20,000 nucleotides of DNA from Catajapyx aquilonaris (taxonomy: Eukaryota). Positions 1 to 10,296 of the stretch are shown in pieces. The position numbers and the translations under genes were made by a program. The notes beneath the pieces were generated by a model. That model was not told the DNA's origin, ran no database searches, and was given only the letters and a program-made list of their open reading frames with translations. Position 1 is the first letter of the stretch; every line of letters starts with the position of its first letter. Where the stretch lies: positions 119,796 through 139,795 of the forward strand of contig KZ538056.1 of assembly GCA_000934665.2 (NCBI GenBank), written 5' to 3'.

Positions 1-368
1 TGGAGGAGGAAGAGGCAGAGGAGGAGGCAAGGATGCAGCTGGAACGGAGGCTGCAGGAGCTGCAGGGAGAGTGTGAGCGAGAGAGGCTGCGGAGGGAGGA
101 TTTGGAGGCGGAGCTGTCAAGGCTGTTGCAAGAGAACGCTGCCCTACAGGGGCAGGTGGCTGCCGGATTGCAGATGGTTGACGATGAGGATGAGGTCCAG
201 CAAAGGTCGTTGCAGGAGGAGATGATGGGGCAGGAACTGGCTTGCAATGGACACTGCTTGGAAGAGCACCAGGAGGAGAAGGTAGAAGAGCAGCAACAGG
301 TCGTGCCAATACGGCAGGGGTGGACCTGCAGAGGAGTGGCCACCTGCATTAGACGACGACTGGTCAGG
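1..368 (+). CDS. Coiled-coil exon of a CDR2/CDR2L (centrocortin)-like gene, 5' end outside the window
   Basis: The frame is open from position 3 (EEEEAEEEARMQLERRLQELQGECERERLRREDLEAELSRLLQENAAL...) with Glu/Leu/Gln heptad composition. Strong phase-0 donor AGG|gtgagt at 368/369; weaker phase-0 donors at 281/282 and 299/300. Family assignment comes from the downstream exon motif. Confidence 0.7.
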
Positions 369-1154
369 GTGAGTGACTTTCAGCATTTGTTAGAACATGT
401 CTGTACAGTCTCCTGGATATTTCAAGGATAATTGAATGCAGTATAGTTAGCACAAGTATCATTGCAGTTGGAATGTAGCCATACAGGGCAGAAAGTATTC
501 TGCACTGTCCTGTATTACTGTAGTTGATCAAGTTTAGGGCCTTATTCTCAGACTGAGTCCTCCAGAACCAAGTAATTTGAGGAAATATTCTTTAAATAAC
601 TTCAGAACTTCAAAAAATTTAAAGCAAGAATAGTTACAGAGATGTGGAAGGTCTCACAGCACAAACACATTAAGTGATTTTTGTTAAAAATTTCTTATTA
701 GTCAAATTTCTTGCACGAAGATCTTGTGCTTCTGCATATTGAACCGAATCTTATTGCACAATATAACCAATAATTGCACCTATCAGTTATGCTGAGACTG
801 ACATACAGTACTCAACATGTGTTAGGCAATGGAGACAAGCACTAAGTGTTCAAGCAACAATGAATAAATTCATCAAATGTCTGAGAACAATGGCCCAGAA
901 GTGTTAGCTCCTTGAACTATGCTTATTTGCACCAGAGGAAGAGGTTCTTGGTGCCATCACATTATCCTGCCTGCTTGTGGTGAATTCCTGTAGTACATTG
1001 TGTACCGCCAATCTGGTGTTGGGAATAGTGAAGGGTAGTTTAGTTACACATTTAAATGTGGCTTGAGACTGTGGACGGCTTGTGACTGTTATGAACGGAC
1101 ATGTTTGGACACATGTGGAAAGCAAGTGACTTGTACAGAAGCACGGTCTGGCAG

Positions 1155-1319
1155 GTTGTGTGGCGGCTGGCCCTCCTTCCATGGTCTGGTGCACGCCTGG
1201 CCCTACGCTTGGCACTCCGACTGGCTGTCTGGGCAGTGCTCTGGGCCCAGCACTCACTCCTGCAGCTCAACTTGCCCCTGTCCAAATGGGCTCTGCAACC
1301 AATCAAGCACAGCAAATAA
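1155..1319 (+). CDS. Candidate alternative terminal exon of the CDR2-like gene encoding a basic/hydrophobic tail (VVWRLALLPWSGARLALRLALRLAVWAVLWAQHSLLQLNLPLSKWALQPIKHSK*)
   Basis: GC-rich patch inside an AT-rich intron. The cag|GTT acceptor at 1154/1155 is phase 0, matching the 368 donor. RLAL repeats vary mostly at synonymous positions (cgcctggcccta / cgcttggcactc / cgactggctgtc). The polypyrimidine tract is weak. Confidence 0.4.
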   Translation, partial: VVWRLALLPWSGARLALRLALRLAVWAVLWAQHSLLQLNLPLSKWALQPIKHSK

Positions 1320-1686
1320 TCCCAAAACACAAATATGCCCATAGGTACGTATTTGTAAGTGTGGGGAGCCTATTTTTAACACATTAACTGCATGTAGCTT
1401 TCACTCACACTAACATTCACTAGCTGCACTTCATAAGCAAGGGAATACCAAATAATACCGGACTTATTTCACATTTTTCAAAAAAGCCACTGGAAACATG
1501 GTTGGTGAAAGATTCCCAACTTGAGAAACAAGAACTGAGGCATGCTTTTCAGAATAACTTCCTATCAGATTGTGGAATAAAGAATTCTATAAAGAATTCT
1601 AGGTAATATTTTGGAATCCCCTGAGTTGTGTGGAAGCAGCATTGTGTGGTCACACACATTTTTATAAGCATTTGTTGAATTTGCAG

Positions 1687-2100
1687 GAGAACAATGAATT
1701 GTCCCTGCAGGAGGAGTTGGAAATGTCTGGAGAATTTGCAGCTGATATAAGCTCATCAGGATGTTGTTCTTCCTCGGATGGATGCCCACATTCATCCCAG
1801 TCTAGGACAACCCAGACACAACCTCTGGATTTTCAAGACACCTTCCAGGAAACAGCCCCAGAGTACAAGAAGCTCTTCAGGGACATCTTTGCAGTGCTGC
1901 AGGAATCCATGCATCAGACTGCTGCAAAGGAGGACAAAAGTGCCAAAACTGTTGCCCCACCTACTACTGAAATGCGACCCTTACTCCAACCCCCTCCTCC
2001 CCCACCACCACCTGAAAGTGTGCTACCATCCAGCTGGGATTTTCGAAAGACATATGCTGAAGTTTTGAAAACTCCAAATATTAGGTCGGGTGTGAAGTAA
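1687..2100 (+). CDS. CDR2: Terminal coding exon of the CDR2/CDR2L (centrocortin)-like protein
   Basis: Phase-0 acceptor ttgcag|GAG at 1686/1687. Encodes ENNELSLQEELEM...FQETAPEYKKLFRDIFAVLQES, which matches from recall the CDR2-family C-terminal helix PEYKALFKEIF, then a poly-Pro run and stop TAA at 2098-2100. A gtaagc donor at 2097 could extend the gene. Confidence 0.72.
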   Translation, partial: ENNELSLQEELEMSGEFAADISSSGCCSSSDGCPHSSQSRTTQTQPLDFQDTFQETAPEYKKLFRDIFAVLQESMHQTAAKEDKSAKTVAPPTTEMRPLLQPPPPPPPPESVLPSSWDFRKTYAEVLKTPNIRSGVK

Positions 2101-2883
2101 GCAGATTAATCTGGTTGCAAAATGGGATGTCTCACGTTCCTGGTGGTTTAATTTTTTCCACAGCAAAATGATACTCTTCAATGCGACAATTATTTTTCTT
2201 CAAAAACCTGGGTTAGTCAGCTTCAAGACTTGGTGACTCACTTGGAAGCATGACAGCTACATGTCTCCCTATTAATATGTAGGGAACATTATTCAAAAGC
2301 AAGTGGAATTCAGACTTCAAGAGAGGATCTGCTAGCGACTTAACAGGCAATTTTTGATGTAACAGAATGCCCCTATTGTGACTGACTCTTGGAAGCATAC
2401 CTCAGCATGAAGTGTCAGTTGATAATTTCAGTTAAATGCCAGAGATCCCACTCTGCAACTGCACTAAATGAGGTCACCTGATGGATAACATTCACAAGTA
2501 CAAAGAGTGCTAACTGCCCTTGTTTTAAGCGTTTGGAGTGACAATGATTTTTTGGGGGGGTTTTCTTGTTTACTGTTGTGGCTCAAAGAGCAAGATATTT
2601 TGTAATCTATATTTTTCACATGTATTCCAGTGAAGAAAGAAAGAAAAATGGTTGGGATACTGGTTTTGAGTCATTGTTGGTGCAGAGAAGTTGATATAGC
2701 TCAAGGACAAATTCTTATTGTCAAGTAGTGAAAATTTTGAATGAAAAACTTGGCTGTGTTATAACAGACTCCAGAGTTACATGAGACAAAATAATGATGA
2801 ACCTACTTTTCCTGATCTCATCAACATTCAGCATTCACGGCAATTCCACTAGAAAAGTCTAAAAATTTTCTTCTTCAAAGTGA

Positions 2884-2889
2884 TTTATT
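2884..2889 (-). terminator. Candidate polyadenylation signal (AATAAA) of POLDIP3
   Basis: tttatt on + reads AATAAA on -, about 77 nt past the POLDIP3 stop. Confidence 0.5.
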
Positions 2890-2965
2890 TTAAAATGTAT
2901 TACTACACATTTTGTGCTCATAAGATAAAATGAAAAAAAATTATAATTATAAACACAGCCCTCAA

Positions 2966-3164
2966 CTAGTTGTTCTGCCCTTGTTTACTCTTAGGCAGAG
3001 TCACTGTGAAAGCGGGCCTCAATGCAGCTCCTGTTGCTGCATAACTTCCAGCAGCACCCTTCTTGTTGAACAGAGCTTTGTGGATTGTGGCCACGTCAGG
3101 AGTGACTGCGCATTTGCCACCTGTTGGCAGATCCATACTTGCACCACTACTGGAACGCAGGCAG
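2966..3164 (-). CDS. POLDIP3: POLDIP3/SKAR last coding exon
   Basis: Not in the ORF track. Phase-2 acceptor tttttag|C at 3165/3164. Reads CLRSSSGASMDLPTGGKCAVTPDVATIHKALFNKKGAAG...RPAFTVTLPKSKQGQNN*, resembling the POLDIP3 C-terminal PDTILKALF...FKIKL motif. TAG at 2968-2966. Confidence 0.88.
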
Positions 3165-3476
3165 CTAAAAATAAAAGGACAAATTACCGTACAAAGTTAT
3201 GAGATAAAATGGGAAAGATTGTTTTATCAGTACTAGTTGAAGTCCATATGGCACCAAATGGTTGGATTAATGTTAATAGCAGAGAGAAAATTATTTGTGA
3301 TAATCTTCAGGAAACTTTTTGCAAAGCTCATAATTAATGTGAAGTCACAATAGTGGGACACATCCACATTGCAGCTTTGTGGTTCTGGTAATTTCCCATA
3401 GTTGAGTATGATGGAGTAAAAAAATTTTGAATTCTCACTGGCAACTTGAGTGCACTCACAAAAATGTGAGGCTCAC

Positions 3477-3748
3477 CTCTGACCAGCAGAAGTGACAGTT
3501 TGAACAACCACTGGTGACGGTGCCACAGCAAGGGAAGTAGGTGATGAGGAAGTTCGCCGAGCGGTGTTGGCTGCTGCATAAGTGGCAGTTGTAACCAATG
3601 TGCACTTCATAGGCCTGCCATCTAGCTGCCGATTGTGGTAAACATCCACAGCACGAACTGCATCAGAACGATTGACAAATGCAACCTCTGCCAGCCCTGG
3701 CTTCACCAACTGAGCCCTCCGAAGGGTGCCAATGTCAGCAAACAATTC
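3477..3748 (-). CDS. POLDIP3: POLDIP3 exon encoding most of the RRM domain
   Basis: Acceptor ctacag|GAA and phase-2 donor AG|gtgagc. ELFADIGTLRRAQLVKPGLAEVAFVNRSDAVRAVDVYHNRQLDGRPMKC is an Aly/REF/SKAR-type RRM. Confidence 0.93.
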
Positions 3749-4054
3749 CTGTAGGTAGATAGAAAATGTTAGGTGCCGCTGTCGTAATGCAAGGTACTAG
3801 CTATGTTTAATTCTCCATTATGTGGTCGTGTCACAACATAATTATCTTGTGAACGTAAGCTCTGATCTGTATTATTTTATTCCTGACAAGGAAGGAAGTG
3901 CACGACTTTTATGACCGCTGCCTTCCATCGAGGGCATAAGTGGGCAGGGTTGATGTTCTATTCAGTAAAGATATGGATATAATTGGTCACCAAGATCTGT
4001 TGCACCAATAAAACAATGTCAAAGTTACAGTTCCTCATCTCGCAGCAGGGGTTA

Positions 4055-4384
4055 CCGTATTACCGCTCATAACGCGGCATGCCGGTATAAGGCGAGGTTT
4101 TCACATAAGTTACATTATCCTCTCCGAACGTGACATTTGCCTGAAAATCGACATTCACATAAATGCTATCGAAAAGGCACATTTTCCCAATATATTGTTT
4201 TCAATTGTAGTGTCTGACAATAATCTATTTAAACAGGTGTCAAAGCAGGCTGACGATGGGATTGGTCACACCATCCACATATCGTCATCAGCAATGCAAA
4301 ACCTCATATCTCACAATAATGTCATTTTACAGGACAAGGAAAAACATTGTCATGCAAAACCTCGCAAAATTTCTGCTTACACGG
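4055..4384. mobile_element. Degenerate Tc2/pogo-type MITE
   Basis: Ends TA|CCGTA... and ...CACGG|TA, with the subterminal word GCGAGGTTTT / AAAACCTCGC inverted at the two ends. Confidence 0.4.
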
Positions 4385-4413
4385 TAGATGAGTGGCCTGC
4401 AAAACCTCCTATA

Positions 4414-4684
4414 CAGGGTGCTCAAAAACTCGCGGAAAGTGGCCACGTAGCCTGATAGGACTCACAAAACTAATATAGAGATGAGGAAGTAGTTTTGGGC
4501 TAACTTGCATAGTTTTTGCGTACGACTCCCTTAAGATTTCGGAAGTTTCATGACGTCACATCCGCCTTGAGGCCACATTGCATCATCATACATGTTGTTG
4601 TGGCTGTTGCCATTGTCACTGATTATTGTTGCGAATATTGTCAACTGTGATTGTTGAGAAATAAACAACGATTTCAGTCTGGCA
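4414..4684 (+). mobile_element. Tc1/mariner-type MITE arm, copy A
   Basis: Starts TA|CAGGGTG. About 270 bp highly similar to the reverse complement of 17244-17515. Confidence 0.85.
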
Positions 4685-6290
4685 CAACTGTCAAAAGAGG
4701 AAAACTTGCAGTCCCTCTGTGCAGTTTGTTGTTATGGAACCTCGGCTGAAGTCTGAAGGAGATACTGGTTGAGAATCCTTTATTTGAAATGCTTGAGACA
4801 AGGTTTTTGAATTTGGGAATATTTGTGTATTTGCATCTATAAAATGGGACAGCTTTGGGATGGGACCTAAACATGATATCCATTTACATTTCATCAAAGA
4901 GGTTATAAGAAACCATTAAGATAGTTTTATATCAATTTTGTATGCATACAGACATGTGTTCATTTATGTTACACTCACATGGAATTTTCCATTTGTGGCA
5001 CATCATGTCAGCACTCAAAAACCAAGACTGGAGATTTTGGTGTCTTGAATTTTCAATGAAGGGTTCTCAACCCATACTTGGCATATTGAAGAACATGATT
5101 CATTTCTTATATTCACCAATCTTCAAGTGAACTAACTAATTGGCTCCTTTGAGCTTGGGCACTCATTCAATAAACTTGGCCATTACAGTGCAATACTATA
5201 CAAAAGTATTCTCCAAATCACTTTTATGAAAGGAGTGAGGTCACATTTCGACAAGGTGGGTAGCACAAATGCTGTATGAGCAGCAACGTAAACTTATCTG
5301 GCAAAACTTGATTGTTTCTCCACAAACTAACATGGGTTTGTATGGCTCCTTAACCTTTGCAGAATTATAAAAACCGGTAAACATGAAAAGTTGCCATAAT
5401 TATGTTGAAGACTTCTGATGTCAGCAGTTGTAGCTTCTGGGGAAAAAATTCTCACCAAGATGGGGGTGAGGGAGACTAGTAAGGTACATCGAGGAAATGC
5501 ATGCATGGCAGGCCCATTAACGCCCAAACTATCTCATAATATGCCCCTGGGTAATTCTACTTCAATTCCGGCTACACATACACATCGAGTTGTTGAAAAT
5601 AACAATTCCAGCTGCCTACATGAAAATTTCAGAGACATTGTAATTGCTTGGGTAGCATTCACATCTGATGGAAAATATTTTGTAGCCATAGATATTGTAA
5701 TACCATGGTATAAGTATAAAATTATGGAAATGGTTCATGAAATTATTAACGCAATTGTTTAAATCATTTTAGCCAATTCAGTTAAATGAAGATGACAATG
5801 TTGTGCAACACACAGCATTTCTGACTTAGGAATGACTAATAAATGTACAATTTTGAAAATAATCAGCAAGCAAAGATTTACTAGGTCATTACAAGTGCAC
5901 ACCTTGCCACAGGTAAAACAGTTTTGGAAATTTATAATCCTCAATGTGGGAATTTGGCCCATATGCCATACCACCTAATTTGTCTGGGTAGTTGTATGCA
6001 CATGATTTGCTATAGCAAAATGCAACATAGTAAAGTCACCACCAGCTTCGATGTGGAATAACCCACCTATTATTGTAATGAATGTCAATGACCAATCACG
6101 TTGTTGCCCTCACTTCTTATGACCTCTGCTCTCATGCATGAAGCTATAATTATGATGACCAACACTCATAAAAACTGTCCAGTATACACCACCCACATTT
6201 CTGGGCAACAAAGCCTCTGCAGCAGCTCCATCAATTAGGCTACATACTCTGCAATATTCATATAAACTTTATAGTAAACAAAAACCTTAA

Positions 6291-6435
6291 CGGCACCGGA
6301 TACCTATGCGATTTTTCTGAAACATCCGTACCTCCAGCGAGATGCCCGCATCGGCGGTATAAAGAGAACACTGCACCCATGACTCTGCCAAAATTTAAAA
6401 GCGATTCGCAAAAATTACATAGGTACCCGGCGTCC
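6291..6435. mobile_element. TTAA-flanked MITE (Kolobok-like)
   Basis: TTAA at 6287-6290 and 6436-6439. The 26-bp terminal inverted repeats match at 20/26 (cggcaccggatacctatgcgattttt vs ggacgccgggtacctatgtaattttt). Confidence 0.7.
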
Positions 6436-6509
6436 TTAACGAAATAACATCAAGTCATGCATCTTTATCACCAACATTGGTGATCGTGCACTGCTTGTTC
6501 ATCACTTAC

Positions 6510-6657
6510 TGTTATGTCCTCTTGAGTAACAGAGCTCTGCAAATTGGAGACAACGACCTTGAATCCACCAGGGGGCATGGCATCAGCACTTTTGTCAGGG
6601 CTCCTGCGGTGACTCAATGATCTTCCAGGACTGTCAGGGCTTTCAGACCTAGAATTC
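6510..6657 (-). CDS. POLDIP3: POLDIP3 internal exon (Ser/Pro-rich linker plus start of the RRM)
   Basis: Not in the ORF track. Acceptor tttgtag|G and donor ACA|gtaagt. Reads NSRSESPDSPGRSLSHRRSPDKSADAMPPGGFKVVVSNLQSSVTQEDIT, with an RNP2-like VVVSNL. Phases 2/0 fit both neighbours. Confidence 0.92.
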
Positions 6658-7089
6658 CTACAAATATAGAGGTAGGTTTACATTCCATGCAACATGATAA
6701 ACTTGTCTATGAAACTAATGCTCGAGTAGCACCACCTAAGTTTTTTTTTCTTTTCTTTTCTTTTTTCAATTTGTAGTATTCCAACGCAAGTTATTCATCT
6801 GTTGGACTATTAATTCAAATGACCATCAAAACCTCCAAATATGGATCATGATCCTCACATGTCCAATGTTGTAGCAATTTTGTGGCAGGTTTTTTCCAGC
6901 AAGATGTATGGCCAGACATGAGTTCAATTAGGATTGACATAATTAACATACATTACTTCATGTCATGGCATGGTTGAGAGCAACCAAATGCAAAGCACAA
7001 CAATATTCTACTATTAATTTCTTCCCACTAATTATAAAAATCAGGAAAATTTTAAAAGTATGACTTTAAAAATATATTCAAACTCTCAC

Positions 7090-7707
7090 CTTATAGTAAT
7101 TGGTTTAACTCGCTTTGCAACTGTTGCATCTTCATCCCACTCTCTCCCCTGGGCCATTCCTGGGCGACGACGCTTGTGGGATCTATTCCCCACAACTGTG
7201 CGAGTTAAAGTCAAGGAAGGGTCAGGAGCAAAAGATGAACCAGTCCGCACCCATTTGTATGGACTTGGTGGCGGAGGTGGTGCCAAAGAGGCGCGAGGCA
7301 GCGGCAATGGAAGGGCATCACGATTGGAAACTGTTCGGAGAATCAGTGGTGGAATTGGGTCATCAGTAAGAAATGGGGGTGGGAATGGGGGTGGAATAGG
7401 AAGACGCTTCTTAGTTGTGAGAGCAAGACGACCATTTGGACCTGTCTGGACCACAATATTTCCACCCCTAGTCTCAACAGAATCTAAAATGCCACTTTTA
7501 TGCATTCGTATGCGACGAAGCTTCTGCCTGGCATCCGTCATTTTGGCCAGTTCAGCTAGCTTGTCACGTGCATCACGTAGTTTCCCTCGTTTCTTCTCAA
7601 TTATCTTCAGGCGGGCATCCCCAATTTTGCCTTGACGAGCATTAGAATTGATGTTACTTCCAACATTTAGTTGCTCCATATTCTTCTTCCCTTTCTTCTT
7701 GCGCCCC
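7090..7707 (-). CDS. POLDIP3: POLDIP3 large N-terminal exon (DAR repeats, Pro-rich segment)
   Basis: Acceptor ttaacag|G at 7708/7707 and donor AG|gtgaga at 7090/7089. Contains DARLKI, DARDKL and DARQKL repeats characteristic of POLDIP3. Confidence 0.92.
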
Positions 7708-8632
7708 CTGTTAATGCACCAAAGAAAAGTTTTGTTCTAATTTATCCACATTGCTGCAGTTTTCTTTTTATGCCCTCTGCCTACCTTTTGCTCTTCACAC
7801 ATCCCACCAACCTCCTGTGGCTGCTTACAGCCACTGGAGGTTGGGAATGCATGTACAGTACTTCACCTAGTGTAGTTATAGGATTAAATACTTAGCAATC
7901 CTTTTGTACCCACAGAATTTGCAAGTGGGGATACCTACGGCACCAAGTTTTTTTATTGACTCCAATGAGCATGATATTCGAGCTGTAAATGTTAGTAAAA
8001 ATCACTAGTTTAAATTGGCTCCCTTGATGTTTCATTGATGGGACCAGTGGTCTAGTAGTTGTGCCACCATCAGCCAAGCTGCAGGCCTGGGTTAGTACCC
8101 TGTTGCATTACTTTCCCTTGGCTTAATCCTTCCTGCTTTTCTAATAATGTTCTGGGGTAACTTGCATTCTTCTCTGACCATAGCCAACAAAAACGGTCTG
8201 ATGATTTTAGATGGTCCACAAAGGCAAAAAGACTGTAAGAGTACCTCCCCCCATTTCAGCAAGGTTGCATGAATGTCATGAAAACAGTGTGTCTGGGGAA
8301 AAAAAAAAAAAAACATTACAATACTAGGACAGGACAACATTCTGATTAAAGCAGTCCTCTGGCATATTGCTGTAAAACTTAGGGCTGAGGTGCTGTAGCC
8401 TTACAAAATCCTCTAAAATGACTGTGGCATAGGTAAGTCTTCATAAAGTTGTTGGTCAAATCACTGATTACCAAACTTGCTATTCAGAAATGTTCGACCA
8501 AACCTTGCAGGACTGTAGCGTTTCAGCTGTAATTTTTACGACAAAGTGGCAGAGGACTTTTGACGTGGATAAGTTTTTAAAATCGGATCAGGGGGAATGC
8601 AGGCAAACTCGAGCATTACAGAAAAGCGTTAC

Positions 8633-8677
8633 AGTCTAGTATAACCAAGTCTATTATAACAGAGTCTGCTATAACCG
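8633..8677 (+). repeat. 3 x 15-bp tandem repeat AGTCTnnTATAACnn, probably a pogo-like MITE subterminal array
   Basis: agtctagtataacca / agtctattataacag / agtctgctataaccg, directly after TA|CAGTC. Confidence 0.55.
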
Positions 8678-9407
8678 ACAGTATGTTACCTGCTCATTAC
8701 GTTACAGTCATCCGATGTTAAAGGCGTACCCACGCTTGCATGCCCCCGCCATTATAGTTGAGAAAAGTGAAACATAATGTAGGTTGAGCCCGCAAAAGCT
8801 GTGGCTTGTGTCCCCGACACAACCTAACGTAATTTTTGTTGTTCATGGTGGTATCCTACACCTGTAGTCCTGTTTCTGTCACACTTTTCCCCCCCCACGC
8901 ACACGCACACACAAAAAACACCCTGTATAATTACTCGTGCTGTGGCTCGAGCACGGGGTAAAATAAATAAAAAAATAACTTGTGCTAGACCATCAAGGTT
9001 TTAAAAAACACATTTCCTTCATCCACGGATTGCACACACAACCTCAAGAGATGTTATGGCATTAATCATTACCGGTACGCCACTTTACTGTCTGTGTAGC
9101 GCTAGAAGTGATTTTACCCTAAACTGGATAGGAGAGAATTGTCCAAGGTTGCTTCTAATTCCCTTAAGAAGAAAAGTGTCCTATGATATGCAATATTTTT
9201 CAAGCTCAGATTACAGAAAATTCCCAGGTCATAGACAGCACAGATACATCAAATCACAGTGGACTTTGAACTGCTCTGGTAGCGGGAATTAGAGTGTGTA
9301 AAGTTGTGATGTTACAGTATTATGAGCCTTCCTATTTGCATTGGTAGGCTTACTTCTGCCAGTCACAGAGTGCCCATTTTGCTATACTCAGAATACTAAC
9401 AATTATT

Positions 9408-9655
9408 GAGGGGTTCTTTGGAAAAAGGGCAGATGTCACTAAAAGTGAATTTCCCAGGAAAGACATAAATGTGTCTGTCTCGGCCATTGCTCACAATGTT
9501 AATTTGAGAATTAGATTTTGATTTGCGACTAGTAGAACTGCCCTTTTGGCTTGAGAATTTTTCCACATGAGCGTCAGGGTTGCCAGATGAATATTGACGT
9601 GGTAGTTTGAAATTGGGAATTTCTTGACATCTGCCCTTTTTCCAAAGAACCCCTC
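9408..9655. mobile_element. MITE with perfect 31-bp TIRs and GAG...CTC ends (Sola-like)
   Basis: GAGGGGTTCTTTGGAAAAAGGGCAGATGTCA at 9408-9438 and its exact reverse complement at 9625-9655. AT-rich 4-bp flanks tatt / aatt. Confidence 0.85.
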
Positions 9656-10296
9656 AATTGAGATATGGAAGGTATAAAAATTACCTGCAATGCTGAGCAT
9701 ATTCGTTGACACATAATTTGCCAATTGGTTTTTTACATCCATCCCCACATCAAATTGCTGTGGCTCATGGCCAAGGAATTTTTCAGTTTGCAGACTAGCT
9801 AATGAAACAATTGCAGGACCAGCATGCAAGTAGTTTTAACCATTCGCTGCCCACCAATCAAATGAGAACACTTTGCAATATAGATTCCCTCTAGAATTGA
9901 TCGAGAATGGGCAAATTTGCTGTACTATCCTAAGCTACATTTTTAACCTTCGTTTCTTGTATTGGGCGAGATAGCACTCATGTATCACTAGTGTAAGCAC
10001 TGCATTTTAACATTTATTTTGATTTAAGTTCTGGTTCACAGATTGGAGAGTACCATCCCTGCACTACCCCATACACTACAGCAGCCAAAAAGCAAAAAGG
10101 CCTATCGTTTCAAAAATGCTGTATACATGCAAGCTTTATGGGGCTGCAGGTAGCCTGTTTAGGCAGCTGGGAAGCACAACAGGAAAATGTTGCAGAGCAA
10201 ATCAAGACCAAATGATTCTTCATGGTATGAGTAGGGCATTTGTAAAATCTTAAGCTGCCCATTGCCACAAGAGGAGCACAAGTCTGACCAAAATTA

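Noticed and set aside
904..1257. 117-aa minus-strand ORF
   Set aside because: No recognisable motif or splice context. It is antisense to the GC-rich candidate exon and likely a by-product.
2793..2816. ATGATGA...CTGA as a C/D box snoRNA
   Set aside because: The boxes are too close together, there is no terminal stem, and the site is in a probable 3'UTR.
7060..7635. 191-aa + strand ORF
   Set aside because: Antisense shadow of the POLDIP3 exon.
9836..10170. TTAA|CCATTCGCTGCC as a piggyBac-like left end
   Set aside because: No matching right TIR with TTAA was found.
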